From positions 32,001 to 96,000 of the forward strand of contig CAVSGG010000001.1 in assembly GCA_963727455.1 (NCBI GenBank): a DNA stretch of 64,000 nucleotides. Reading direction: 5' to 3'. Within the stretch, counting starts at the first letter, position 1. The number at the start of each line of letters is the position of its first letter. This DNA is from Candidatus Krumholzibacteriota bacterium (GTDB lineage Bacteria > Krumholzibacteriota > Krumholzibacteriia > JAJRXK01). A program made the position numbers and the translations under genes. Shown here piece after piece: positions 17,536 through 27,306 of the stretch. Below the pieces are notes generated by a model. It did not search any database. It was not told where the DNA came from and saw only the letters and a program-made list of their open reading frames with translations.

Positions 17536-18089
17536 AGAGAAGTAGTAGCTGGACCGCGGCCATTGCCGGGCTTGCCCTCTTGGCAATCCTCATTCCCGCG
17601 GCAGCCTATTCCCAAGCGCCTCGCGCGCCCAAGCAGCAACGCGGCCAGGCTTTGGCCCGTGACAATGGCGGTGCTCCCGGCGCTTTCTTCCGCCAGGCGA
17701 TGGTCGAAAAGCTGGGGCTTAGCGAGGAACAGCAGGCCAAGCTCTCCGAGTTGCGCCTGAAGAATCAACAGGAGCAGATTCGCCTGCGCGGCGAGCTGGC
17801 CAACGCGAAGGCCGAGCTCAAGGCTCTTCTGCTCGACCCGGAAGCGAGTCGGAGCGCAGTGATGATGGCCGGTGACAAGATCGAGGAACTGCGTACGCAG
17901 AAAGCGAAGACGCGCCTCACGCACCAGATGGACGTGCGCGAGCTCTTGACCAAAGAGCAGCGTGCGCAGTGGGTGCAGATGCGCGGCGAACATCACCGGC
18001 ATGGAGAGTGGGGCCGCCGCGGTGGCAGGCATGCCATGCGCGATCGGGGGCCCCGTGGGCAGCAAGCCTGCCCGCGTGCCGATGGCTAA
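17532..18089 (+). CDS. Spy/CpxP family periplasmic chaperone
   Basis: Signal peptide; LGLSEEQ and LLTKEQR (LTxxQ motifs); SD GGAGG; ATGA overlap with the upstream gene. Confidence 0.85.
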   Translation: MKRSSSWTAAIAGLALLAILIPAAAYSQAPRAPKQQRGQALARDNGGAPGAFFRQAMVEKLGLSEEQQAKLSELRLKNQQEQIRLRGELANAKAELKALLLDPEASRSAVMMAGDKIEELRTQKAKTRLTHQMDVRELLTKEQRAQWVQMRGEHHRHGEWGRRGGRHAMRDRGPRGQQACPRADG

Positions 18090-18119
18090 GTCTTGATTGC
18101 CTCGCTTGGTGACACGAAG

Positions 18120-18154
18120 AGGCCCCGCACCTTTCGGTGCGGGGCCTTTCTCTT
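18120..18154. terminator. Terminator between convergent genes
   Basis: 12-bp stem AGGCCCCGCACC/GGTGCGGGGCCT followed by TTCTCTT. Confidence 0.75.
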
Positions 18155-18195
18155 GCTTCAACTCTTCGCGCGACCTGCGCGCAACTTCCGTGAGT

Positions 18196-18885
18196 TTAGA
18201 AGCGGGACTTCATCGCACCCCAGCTGGTTTCCTCGCTGGGAATGATGCAGGAAGAACTGTTGTCGGCACCGGGAGTGTCGAGGGTATCGGTACACGGAGT
18301 CCCTCCAAAGGGGCCGATCTGCCAGGTATTTCCACAGCGGAAGACGTGTCCGGGGACGTCGTTGCCGTCCGGACCCACCTGAGTGGAGCAATAGAGCAGA
18401 TCGCCCGAGCCCAGTGTAGCGACGAGAGCGACGCAATCCACGACGGAGCTCCAGGGCATGGCGTCCAAGACTCCGTCATCGTCCGTATCCAGATCGTCGC
18501 CATTGGCGCCGGTGAATCCCTGGACCAGCATGTGGGTCACGTTGTCATTGTTCTCGAAGCTGAGCGTGAGGTCGACGTCGTAGCCGCTGCAAGCTGGCGT
18601 CGTTCCCGACTTGTGCACGGCGAGATAGCCATCGGCCTGAATGGCCTGACCCGTGAGGTCGGTCACGCTCTCGATGACACCACTGCCGCCGGTGCCGTCA
18701 CCGATCACGATGTAGGTATAGCCGTCCAATGACTGGCCGGGCGTGCCGGCGAGCTCGAAGTACTCATCGGTATCGGCACCGACGTTGTCGATACGGATCT
18801 CGTTGATGACGAGCGCGTGCGCCACCGCGGGGGCGATCAGGCACAGGGCGCAGACGCCCAGGGTGATTTTCTTGAGCAAGTTCAT
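18196..18885 (-). CDS. Secreted lamin-tail-domain-like protein with a C-terminal WG-K motif
   Basis: Signal peptide ending AHA-L; LVINEIRID..DEYFEL (LTD-like); DTDDDG Ca-binding motif; TPGADN; ends TSWGAMKSRF. Confidence 0.78.
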   Translation of the reverse strand: MNLLKKITLGVCALCLIAPAVAHALVINEIRIDNVGADTDEYFELAGTPGQSLDGYTYIVIGDGTGGSGVIESVTDLTGQAIQADGYLAVHKSGTTPACSGYDVDLTLSFENNDNVTHMLVQGFTGANGDDLDTDDDGVLDAMPWSSVVDCVALVATLGSGDLLYCSTQVGPDGNDVPGHVFRCGNTWQIGPFGGTPCTDTLDTPGADNSSSCIIPSEETSWGAMKSRF

Positions 18886-19166
18886 GGATGCATAGCCTCC
18901 TCTATGCCCGCCGACCGACCGCCAGGGATAGGCATCGGAGCGTTTCGGGCAGAATTCAGGAATACGCGGCCTTCAAGGCCCAACCAAGTATAGCAAGTCC
19001 TTGCGGGAGACCACAATCTATGCGGCAAGTTTTTATCCGGGGACCGCGCGCGGGCTTTGGCGCGGATCCAGGCCAGGGGGCCCGGATCCGACGCGCTCTG
19101 ATATCTCGCAACGGGCACGCCGGTGCCGTTTGGGGCGCTTGGAGGAAGTCGCGCCCCTTCCCCGCC

Positions 19167-19631
19167 TCAGGAATTGGTCAGCTTCTGCTTCTGACCGGAT
19201 CCCATGGGCTGCGGGGTGGTCGAGGCCGGCCCGCTCTTGATCTCGCGCTCCTCGCTGCCCACGGGGCGCTTGCCCATCGAGCACGAACCTTCGAAGACGA
19301 CGCCCTCGTCGATGACGAGGCGGCGCGTCTTGATGTCGCCCTCGAGGGTGCTGCCCGACTGCAGCTCGATCTTGTCGTCCGCGGTGATGTTGCCGTCGAC
19401 GCGTCCACCCACGACCGCGTTCTTGGCGAAGATCTCGCCCTTCACCACGCCCGTCTTTCCCACCACGAGGTTCTCGGGTTTGCGGATCGTGCCTTCGAAC
19501 TCGCCTTCGACGCGCAACGTACCTTGAACCTCGACCTCTCCCTTGAAGCGGCAGCCCTTGGCGAGGATCGAGGTGGCATTTGGATCATCTTGTTTCATCG
19601 GAACCTCTGCTTCGTTTTCTTTACCGAACAT
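19167..19631 (-). CDS. Bactofilin (polymer-forming cytoskeletal protein)
   Basis: SILAKGCRFKGEV..LRVEGEFEG..GDIKTRRLVIDEGVVFEGSCSM. Confidence 0.92.
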   Translation of the reverse strand: MFGKENEAEVPMKQDDPNATSILAKGCRFKGEVEVQGTLRVEGEFEGTIRKPENLVVGKTGVVKGEIFAKNAVVGGRVDGNITADDKIELQSGSTLEGDIKTRRLVIDEGVVFEGSCSMGKRPVGSEEREIKSGPASTTPQPMGSGQKQKLTNS

Positions 19632-19657
19632 CTGTTTTCCTCCGCGCGAATGCGCGC

Positions 19658-20452
19658 CTATGGCGACTTGGGTGCCAGGTACTGTCGCGGATCGACAGAC
19701 TTTCCGTCGAGACGGATTTCGAAATGTAGATGCGGTGCACTACTGCGTCCAGTGTTGCCCAGGCGGGCAATCACCTGACCTTGATCCACCGATTGCCCGA
19801 CCTGCACGAGCAAGCGCTGGTTGTGACCGTACAGGGTACTATAGCCGAAGCCATGGTCGATGACGATATAGTTGCCCAGCGATTCGTCATAACTCGCCTC
19901 CACCACTTTGCCTCTGCCCGCCGCGTGGACCGGCGCCCCGTTGGGCGCCACCAGATCCAGGCCGGGGTGGCCGTCGTGTCCCTTCTCGGAGGCGTAGAAC
20001 TCCTTGGACACATAACCTTCGACAGGCCAACGAGTTGGAGCGTGAGAGCGAAGCGCGGCAGCGGCTTCCAAGTGGTTCACGCCGAGCAGTTCCAGGCTGG
20101 CGCTTCGGCTGGCCTGGGTGAGGGAGCTGTCCGGAAGTTGCGCCTTTTCCCGGCCTTCCACCCCCAGCATGGTCAAGACCTGCGCCTTCAGGGCGGTCAG
20201 GTTCTCGATCTCCCGGTTCAGCCGATCGATCGTGGCTACCTGACGACGCAGATCTCGGTTCTCCTGCTCGAGCGCGGTGGCGTGGCGCGCCTGCCCGAGA
20301 ACGCCCGAGTAGTTCACCATGAAGATGATCACGGTCAGCGCGAACGCGGCGAGCAAGATCGCGGTCGCCAGAGCGAGGCCCCGCGATACCGTATATTGCC
20401 GTGTTCGCGAATGGTCCGCGGGCACGATGATGATGTTCCAGGATCGATTCAT
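19658..20452 (-). CDS. M23 family metallopeptidase
   Basis: HPGLDL, YSTLYGHN, GNTGRSSAPHLHFEI; N-terminal TM helix and coiled coil. Confidence 0.92.
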   Translation of the reverse strand: MNRSWNIIIVPADHSRTRQYTVSRGLALATAILLAAFALTVIIFMVNYSGVLGQARHATALEQENRDLRRQVATIDRLNREIENLTALKAQVLTMLGVEGREKAQLPDSSLTQASRSASLELLGVNHLEAAAALRSHAPTRWPVEGYVSKEFYASEKGHDGHPGLDLVAPNGAPVHAAGRGKVVEASYDESLGNYIVIDHGFGYSTLYGHNQRLLVQVGQSVDQGQVIARLGNTGRSSAPHLHFEIRLDGKSVDPRQYLAPKSP

Positions 20453-20586
20453 CCCTCGACCACCCACGAGGAGCCGCCCCGACAGCCGGGACGAAGGGGA
20501 GTTTCGTTCTGTAGGCAGTGCGCGTCAAGCCCCACGCCTGCCCTGGGGCAAGTTCTCACCCCCATGCCCCCCACCTCGCTTCCAGT

Positions 20587-20631
20587 TGGGGATAAGTTGG
20601 GGAGAAAGTCTGTGGATATCCCGGTGGATAG
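20587..20631. promoter_or_regulatory. Cluster of four co-oriented DnaA-box-like 9-mers downstream of parB
   Basis: TGGGGATAA 20587, TGGGGAGAA 20598, TGTGGATAT 20611, GGTGGATAG 20623. Confidence 0.6.
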
Positions 20632-20734
20632 TTTGTAACTCATTTTTTAAGAATGAGTTACTGTGAGATATTGTTTTCCCCGATCGCGGGAGGCCGATCT
20701 GACTCAGATCGGCCAATGCCTTGGAATCGGAGCA

Positions 20735-21649
20735 CTAGAGTTGGGTCTCGATTCCCATGCGCTCCAGGATCCCCTCGAGCTCCGCATCGGAAAAGAAGGG
20801 AATTTCGAGCCGCCCGCGCTCTCCCCGGCGATGGATGCGAGCGGCGGTCCCCAGGTGATGGCGCAGCCGCTCTTCCAAAGCCCGCACCGCAGCACTCTGC
20901 GGTTCCTCGCGGCGGCGGCGCCGCCGCCGACTCCTCGCCGTACTGCTCAGGGAGATGAGGCGCCGGGCTTCGCGCTCCAAAGCGCGCACCGAGAGACCCT
21001 TCTGGGCCGTATGCCGGGCCAGCCGCAGCCTGGCCTGCGAATCCTCCACCGAGAGCAGGGCCCGCGCGTGTCCCATGGTCAGTTGCCCCGCTTCCATCAG
21101 CTCGTGAATGGCGGGTTCCAGCTGCAACAAACGCAGCATATTGCTGATCGTGCTGCGGCTCTTCCCCAGGACGCTGGCCAGCTCTTGGTGGCTCGCATCC
21201 AGAGCGCGCATGATCTCGCGGTAGGCCTCCGCTTCCTCGAGCGGACTCAGGTCCTCGCGCTGGATGTTCTCCAGCAACGCGAGCTTCATCGATTCCGTCT
21301 CTTTTAAGCTGCACACCAGGGCCGGGATTTCCTGCAGGCCGGCGCGGGCCGCCGCGCGCAGGCGTCGTTCGCCGGCCACCAGCTCGAAACCCTCGGGTGT
21401 GCGGCGCACCAGAACCGGCTGCAGAACCCCATTTTGGCGAATGGAATCGCTCAACTCCTCCAGGGCGCTCTCGTCCATGTGATGGCGCGGTTGGTGGGGA
21501 TTGGGCCGCAACTCCTCCAGCGGAAGCATGGTGGCCTGCCGCTCTCCCAACCAGGCTGGCGCGGCCTGCTCCAGACGTTGCGCCGCCGCGGGAGCCACAG
21601 AATTCCCGATGAGGGCGGACAGACCTTTACCCAAGACTCGCTTCGCCAT
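20735..21649 (-). CDS. parB: ParB/Spo0J chromosome partition protein
   Basis: PNPHQPR, GVLQPVLVR, LVAGERRLRA, ENIQREDLSPLEEA. Confidence 0.96.
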   Translation of the reverse strand: MAKRVLGKGLSALIGNSVAPAAAQRLEQAAPAWLGERQATMLPLEELRPNPHQPRHHMDESALEELSDSIRQNGVLQPVLVRRTPEGFELVAGERRLRAAARAGLQEIPALVCSLKETESMKLALLENIQREDLSPLEEAEAYREIMRALDASHQELASVLGKSRSTISNMLRLLQLEPAIHELMEAGQLTMGHARALLSVEDSQARLRLARHTAQKGLSVRALEREARRLISLSSTARSRRRRRRREEPQSAAVRALEERLRHHLGTAARIHRRGERGRLEIPFFSDAELEGILERMGIETQL

Positions 21650-22403
21650 TGCGCATCACTTCCTTGGCAAGACTGAGATAACTCTGGGAGCCCCGACTCT
21701 GGATGTCATGGAGAAGGACCGGCTTCCCGAACGAAGGGCTCTCACCCAGGGTGACGTTGCGGGGGATGACGGTCTCGTAAACCGTTGCTCCAAAATACTC
21801 TTTGGCCTCTTCAGCTACCTGGTTGCTGAGGCGCAGGCGCTGGTCGAACATCGTCAACAGGACCCCTTCGATGCGGAGCTTCGGATTGAGGGTCTGCTGG
21901 ACCAAGTTGATGGTGTTGAGCAACTGGCTCAGGCCCTCCAGGGCGTAGTATTCGCACTGGATGGGAATGAGCACCGCGTCGGCCGCGGTCAGGGCATTGA
22001 TGGTGAGCATTCCCAAGCTGGGCGGGGTATCCAGCAGGATGAAATCGTAGCGCTCGCGCAGTTCGTCCAGGGCCCGCCGCAGGTAGCTCTCGCGATCCTC
22101 GGCCTCCACGAGCTCGACCTCCGCCCCGCTGAGCCGCTGGTCGGCGGGCATGAGGCTGAGATACGGAAGTTCGGTGCCGCGAATCAGGCTTTCCGGCACC
22201 CCGGCCCCGGCCAGAAATTCGTAGCTGGTAAGGTCTTCCGGGGTCGGACGAACCCCCACACCACTGCTGGTATTTCCCTGGGGGTCGAAATCCAGCAGTA
22301 GGACCCTTTTTTCGGCCACGGCCAGGCTAGCCCCCAGGTTCACGACCGTGGTGGTCTTTCCCACTCCACCCTTTTGATTCGAAATGCTGATCACGCGCGC
22401 CAT
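21627..22403 (-). CDS. parA: ParA/Soj ATPase
   Basis: NQKGGVGKTTT, DPQGN, PIQCEYYALEGL, IPRNVTLGESPSFG. Confidence 0.96.
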   Translation of the reverse strand: MARVISISNQKGGVGKTTTVVNLGASLAVAEKRVLLLDFDPQGNTSSGVGVRPTPEDLTSYEFLAGAGVPESLIRGTELPYLSLMPADQRLSGAEVELVEAEDRESYLRRALDELRERYDFILLDTPPSLGMLTINALTAADAVLIPIQCEYYALEGLSQLLNTINLVQQTLNPKLRIEGVLLTMFDQRLRLSNQVAEEAKEYFGATVYETVIPRNVTLGESPSFGKPVLLHDIQSRGSQSYLSLAKEVMRNGEASLG

Positions 22404-22593
22404 GCTAGTTTCTCACTTGCGGCAGGCTTCTCTGCGGACCGAGGGCCCGGACTGCGGAGCAATTTGGCACACGGTAGCTTACGACTGCAAGCTCGGAGAT
22501 GAAGGCGGCCGCATTTCCGCCCATTGCGCCGCGGAATCGTGGCCGTTTCGCAATTCGCTTCCTGCGGAAACTCCCCGGCGGGCGGATTCACGA

Positions 22594-22609
22594 TGTTTCA
22601 CGTGGAACA
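22594..22609. promoter_or_regulatory. parS: parS site 1
   Basis: TGTTTCACGTGGAACA matches the canonical parS sequence. Confidence 0.92.
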
Positions 22610-22634
22610 TGGCCGGCGGACGTCCTGCCGGCGA

Positions 22635-22650
22635 TGTTCCACGTGAAACA
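22635..22650. promoter_or_regulatory. parS: parS site 2
   Basis: TGTTCCACGTGAAACA matches the canonical parS sequence. Confidence 0.92.
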
Positions 22651-22675
22651 TTCCTCCCACCCGGGGCTGCAGAGC

Positions 22676-23317
22676 CTAGTATGCCGGTCGAAAGAGCTGC
22701 AAACAGGGATGGGGGCCGCGCGCGGCCAAGAGCAGGGGACGCGCACCTTCCCACTGCCAGCCCGAGGCGAGAAGCTCCGCCTCGGGTCGATACTCCTCAT
22801 TCAGGAAGAGGACGGCGCGGCCGTTGGCCGCCAAAAATGGGCGCAAGAGCGCCAGGGCACGCGGCGGCTCGGCCACCGCGCGCACAACTCCCCAGGCGAA
22901 GGCCCCGCGCATTTCTGGAGAGCGCGCCAGGACCTCGTGCGCTTGACCTTCTTCCACCCGTGTCGCCGGGAGAGTGAGGCTGGCGATTTCGCGTCGGAGA
23001 AAATCACAAGCCACCGCCCGCCGTTCCAAAAGTACGCTCACCAGCTGCGGGTAACTCAACGCGAGAGGAATTCCGGGAATCCCCGCACCACTGCCCAAGT
23101 CCAAGAGTCTCTGGCCGCGTTCGAGGGACAGTGCCTTGCCCGCAGCCACGGATTCCAGGATGAGGCGCTCCACGAGCGCCTCCCCGCCGGCGCGGCTCAC
23201 CAGGTTCCTCCCGCGATTGAAACGCAGAATCGCATCCCGGTAGCGCACGAAAGGCTCGGGCACAATTCCCTCCGGTAAAAGCGCCTGCAAGAGCGAGTTG
23301 AACCCAGCGTCCGCCAT
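22676..23317 (-). CDS. rsmG: 16S rRNA m7G527 methyltransferase
   Basis: NLVSR, LLDLGSGAGIPGIPLAL, VRAV; synteny upstream of parA. Confidence 0.88.
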   Translation of the reverse strand: MADAGFNSLLQALLPEGIVPEPFVRYRDAILRFNRGRNLVSRAGGEALVERLILESVAAGKALSLERGQRLLDLGSGAGIPGIPLALSYPQLVSVLLERRAVACDFLRREIASLTLPATRVEEGQAHEVLARSPEMRGAFAWGVVRAVAEPPRALALLRPFLAANGRAVLFLNEEYRPEAELLASGWQWEGARPLLLAARGPHPCLQLFRPAY

Positions 23318-23382
23318 GGCCCCTTCCCAGAACCTCAAAAGAGATTCTGTGCTAACTTATTGTCATACAATAAATAAGAATG

Positions 23383-24261
23383 CTAATCCTTGGGGGGCTT
23401 TGCGGGCGCGAGGACCACGTGCCGCCGCGCACCTTCTCCCACGGTATAGCTCTCGACGCCGGCCAGGGGCTTGACTGCGAGATGTACCACGCGCCGTTCG
23501 CGCGGGTGCATAGGTTCGAAGTGCATTTCGATGCCCTCGTCCAGCACGCGCTCGGCCCGCTCCAGGGCCTGGGCCCGTAGGCGCTCTTGCTCGCGTTCGC
23601 GATAGCCGTTCAGATCGACCTGAACCGGGACGTTGGCGTCACATCGCTGGGCGATCATGCGCGAAAGAACATGCTCCAGCGCGTCCACCCCCGTACCGCG
23701 CCGACCGATCAGCGCGCCGGCCTCGTCCTCCGGTACCGTCACGAAGATACGCTGGTACGCAGCGTGCTCGAAATTCAATTCGTAGCTCAGGTCCATCGCA
23801 TCCAGAAGCTCGCGCGCAACCTCTTCCACTTTGACGTTGTGCTCGGGTGTTGGTTCATAGACCTCGCGCGGTCGTTCCTTGGAGGGCTCGATCTTCATCT
23901 CGCTGACGCGCGGAGGCGGGGCCGCTTCTTCGATGACGAGCTCGGGCTTGGCGGAGAACGGGCGGGACGACGAAGACGCACTCCAAGCAAGGCGGCGCAC
24001 AGAGGAGTCGTGCGACACCGGGGGCTGGGCGGGAATCGCGTCGGGAAGCTCCCTGGACACCCGACCAAAACCATCGGACTGATGAATCACGCGCACGCGC
24101 GCCTCTTTGCGAACCGCGGCGAAACCCTGACTCGCGTTCCCTTCCTCCAGCACTTCCACCTTCAACTCGTGCTCGCTCCCGTTCAAGCCCAACAGTTCCA
24201 GTGCTTTTTTCTTGGCCTCGCTCACCGTGACGGCGCTGACCTCGAAGCTTTCACGAATCAC
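23383..24261 (-). CDS. jag: Jag/EloR (KhpB) RNA-binding protein
   Basis: Jag_N start, KH motif LIGRRG, R3H motif MHPRERRVVH; GTG start with SD GAGGA. Confidence 0.9.
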   Translation of the reverse strand: MIRESFEVSAVTVSEAKKKALELLGLNGSEHELKVEVLEEGNASQGFAAVRKEARVRVIHQSDGFGRVSRELPDAIPAQPPVSHDSSVRRLAWSASSSSRPFSAKPELVIEEAAPPPRVSEMKIEPSKERPREVYEPTPEHNVKVEEVARELLDAMDLSYELNFEHAAYQRIFVTVPEDEAGALIGRRGTGVDALEHVLSRMIAQRCDANVPVQVDLNGYREREQERLRAQALERAERVLDEGIEMHFEPMHPRERRVVHLAVKPLAGVESYTVGEGARRHVVLAPAKPPKD

Positions 24262-24277
24262 AATGTCCTCTTTTCTC

Positions 24278-26116
24278 TCATGCGCTCGCGCCGGACAGGG
24301 CTCTTTTTTCCGCCAGCGTTTTCGGGGCGTTGCGATGAATCTGCCAGGTCTGAACGATGGAGAGGATCGTATTGACCAGCCAATAGAGCACAAGGCCCGA
24401 GGGAGTATTATAGAACACGAAGAGCATGAAGATGGGCATGAAGGTCGACATCATCTTCTGCTGCGATGCCATCGCGCCCTCGCCGCCCGTGGCGGCGCTC
24501 GGTGTTCCGATCTTCGTCTGCAGCCACATCCCCGCGGCCATCAGAATGGGCAGAAGAGAGAAATGATCTCCGACCACCGGCAATTTCAATGGCAGATGAA
24601 AGAGCACCTCGGGCCGCGAGAGATCGTTGATCCAACCCCAGAATGGAGCCTGTCTGACTTCGATCGTGTTCCGCAACACAGTGAACAGGGCCCAGAAGAC
24701 CGGCATCTGCACGAGCAAGGGCAGGCACCCCGCCATGGGATTGATGCCGTGCTCCTTGTAGAGCTTCATCATCTCCTTGCTCTGCCGTTGCTGATCGTCC
24801 TTGTACTTCTCCTTGATTTTGCTGAGTTCGGGTTGCACGAGCTGCATCTCGCGCATTGAGCGCGTGCTGCTCTTGGTCAGCGGATAAAAGAGAAACTTTG
24901 TGGCGACCGAGATCAGGATGATCACGAGACCGTAATTCGGAATGAAGCGATGCAGATACAAAAGGAGCCACAGCATGAACTTCGATACGGGCCGGAAAAC
25001 GGCGGGGCCCAAATCGATGAGCGCAGTGAGTGCGGGATCGATCTCGTTCAGTTCGTTGTAATCGCGGGGGCCCAAGAACACCGAGTAATTCAGTCCCGGC
25101 CCCGTCTCGTCCTGTAGTGGTAACTCGATGCTGAAAGTCTGGAGCTCTTTCGCGTAGTCCCCATCGAAGTGCACGTGCCCGAGGCGACGCCCTGGATCGT
25201 GGACGAAGGCCGTGAAGTACTGTCCCATGACGCCGGCCCACGCGACGGTTCCCTCGTGGTCTTTGCGTCCGCCCGAACCGTCTCCCTTTTTCAAGGAATT
25301 GAACGAGGTCTTGTAGGTATCGTCTCCGACGCGCGCGGCCGCTTTGAAGTCTCTGTACTCGCGCGTCGTGTCCGGTTCGGTGTTGGAGATCCCCGAAGGC
25401 CACGAGATCTTCAGCTGCGCCAACTCGGTGCGTGGAAGTTCGTACTTGGCGTGCACGCTGAACGAAGAGAGCTCGTTGTCGAGGCGAATCCTCAGAGAGA
25501 AGGGCGTGCCTCCCTCGAGCTGCGCGCTGAGCGTGATTTCGGCGATAGGCCTCTCCGCGTCGACCCGCACGCGCCAGGGGTTGTGAGGATCTCCGGTGCT
25601 CATCAATCGGGCCCCTTCGGCCTTGAACCTGACGTGGCTCAGGTCCACGACTTTGTTGTCGCGGTAGATCTTCAGCGCGTGCGCGCGCTGGCCGTAGGGG
25701 TCGAGACTGCGCTTGGGAATGAGCTGGACTGGCTGGCCATCGACGGTCTTGAAGTTCTTGAGGGTCCACGAACGAAGATCGGCGCCCACGAGGTCTAGCT
25801 CCGCCACGTACTGCTCGGTTTCCAGGGTGACGAGGGGCCCTTCCGCGGAGGCCTCCAATTGGATTCCGCTTTGGGTGCCCATGCTGTCTGTCGTGGCAGC
25901 TTGCGTGGAGTCAGTCCGCGCGCTCGTGTCGCTTTGTGAGGTGTACGGAGTGTGCGTCGCTTTGGCGGGAGCCGTTTGGGTGGGAGCTTGGGCAACCGCA
26001 AGGCTGTCGCTCTGTCCGGTCTTCTGAGTGTCTTGTGGTGAAGGCGAGAACATGGCCTGCCAGATCAGCAAAACCACGAACATCAGAAAGAAAGCGAGCG
26101 CCGTGCGCTGATTCAT
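24278..26116 (-). CDS. yidC: Membrane protein insertase YidC
   Basis: NYGLVIIL, GINPMAGCLPLLVQMPVF, PSGLVLYW. Confidence 0.96.
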   Translation of the reverse strand: MNQRTALAFFLMFVVLLIWQAMFSPSPQDTQKTGQSDSLAVAQAPTQTAPAKATHTPYTSQSDTSARTDSTQAATTDSMGTQSGIQLEASAEGPLVTLETEQYVAELDLVGADLRSWTLKNFKTVDGQPVQLIPKRSLDPYGQRAHALKIYRDNKVVDLSHVRFKAEGARLMSTGDPHNPWRVRVDAERPIAEITLSAQLEGGTPFSLRIRLDNELSSFSVHAKYELPRTELAQLKISWPSGISNTEPDTTREYRDFKAAARVGDDTYKTSFNSLKKGDGSGGRKDHEGTVAWAGVMGQYFTAFVHDPGRRLGHVHFDGDYAKELQTFSIELPLQDETGPGLNYSVFLGPRDYNELNEIDPALTALIDLGPAVFRPVSKFMLWLLLYLHRFIPNYGLVIILISVATKFLFYPLTKSSTRSMREMQLVQPELSKIKEKYKDDQQRQSKEMMKLYKEHGINPMAGCLPLLVQMPVFWALFTVLRNTIEVRQAPFWGWINDLSRPEVLFHLPLKLPVVGDHFSLLPILMAAGMWLQTKIGTPSAATGGEGAMASQQKMMSTFMPIFMLFVFYNTPSGLVLYWLVNTILSIVQTWQIHRNAPKTLAEKRALSGASA

Positions 26117-26134
26117 GAAAGCCTCGCGGGAAGA

Positions 26135-26413
26135 TCAAAAGTGGTGGGTGCTGGGGATGGAAACCCCTCGCTCGATCGAAGAACTCTCTCTTTTGCCTGG
26201 CTCGGGTACCGGGTCATAACCTCCGGGATGCCAGGGGTGGCAACGGGCGATCCGTTTCACGCTGAGCCACATGCCGCGCAGCACGCCGTGGGACGCGAGT
26301 GCGTCGATGGCATAGTGTGAGCAACTGGGGGTGAAGCGGCAATTCGAACCGAGCAACGGAGAGAGCAGCAATTGGTAGCCGCGAATGCAGAGCACGAGCA
26401 GGCGCTTCAGCAC
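26135..26413 (-). CDS. yidD: Membrane protein insertion efficiency factor
   Basis: [27 protein letters not shown]. Confidence 0.94.
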   Translation of the reverse strand: MLKRLLVLCIRGYQLLLSPLLGSNCRFTPSCSHYAIDALASHGVLRGMWLSVKRIARCHPWHPGGYDPVPEPGKRESSSIERGVSIPSTHHF

Positions 26414-26799
26414 GGAAACTCTCCATTATCCAGGTCGCGCGCATCGGCGCCGTACAAATCGAGTCGCGCGAAAAGTCCGCGCATCTCTTCGATGAGATCT
26501 TCGGTGACAACGCCGGAATCTGCCAGCGTTCTGCGCGCGACAAGCACCAGCCAAAGCGGTCGCTCGAGGCGCGAGCTCAGGGCGCGGTACGCTTCGCGAA
26601 GCAATCGCTTGGCGCGGTTCCGCCGCACGGCGTTTCCCACCTTCTTCGACGCAACCACTCCAAGCGCACAGTTGCCCAGCGAAGCAATTTCCTCGGGGCG
26701 CGGCCTGAAAGCATAGACCACGCAGCAATTTCCGACTGCTTTCCTGCCGTTCTCATACACGCATTGGAATTGCCGCCGAGTTCGCAGAGTCCCCTTCAA
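26407..26799 (-). CDS. rnpA: Ribonuclease P protein component
   Basis: [19 protein letters not shown] (RNR motif); synteny. Confidence 0.92.
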   Translation of the reverse strand: MKGTLRTRRQFQCVYENGRKAVGNCCVVYAFRPRPEEIASLGNCALGVVASKKVGNAVRRNRAKRLLREAYRALSSRLERPLWLVLVARRTLADSGVVTEDLIEEMRGLFARLDLYGADARDLDNGEFPC

Positions 26800-26868
26800 G
26801 GGAAAACCCCCGATCGGGAAGACCGCGCGCTACTTACAAGGAACGCGCGTGGCGGAATCCGAAGACGC

Positions 26869-27003
26869 TCACGCGCTCAGACACTTGCGGCCCTTGCTGC
26901 GGCGGCGCTTGAGGATCGTGCGTCCCGCGCGCGTCGCCATGCGCTTCCGGAAACCATGGTCCCGCTTGCGCTTGATTTTACTCGGTTGAAAAGTCCTCTT
27001 CAC
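26869..27003 (-). CDS. rpmH: 50S ribosomal protein L34 (not in the ORF track)
   Basis: Manual translation from GTG: [44 protein letters not shown]. Confidence 0.95.
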   Translation of the reverse strand: MKRTFQPSKIKRKRDHGFRKRMATRAGRTILKRRRSKGRKCLSA

Positions 27004-27306
27004 GATGACACCTCATCAGAAGGTCTGAAGGCGCGGGCGGTTCCCCTAACCATAACTCCACGAGCGCAATACGGTATGCTCAGGGCCGAGCCACGTCAAG
27101 TTTCCCGGCCCAAAGGCCGCCCGCCACGCAGTGCGGGCGCGGCATCGATTTCCCCTGCCAGACCCGCGGGTCAGGCCGCCCGGCTCGCGCCTCACGCAAT
27201 TCGGGAGGGCTTAATGAGCCTATTGGGAAGATCTTAGGAAGAAAGTAATCCTGGGGCACAAAAGTCCCTTGCTCGGCCCCATGCCGCGTGCTACCGTCCA
27301 CTCCCC

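Noticed and set aside
15941-18089. ECF sigma, anti-sigma and two Spy/CpxP genes as a novel module
   Set aside because: This is a well-known envelope or metal stress arrangement.
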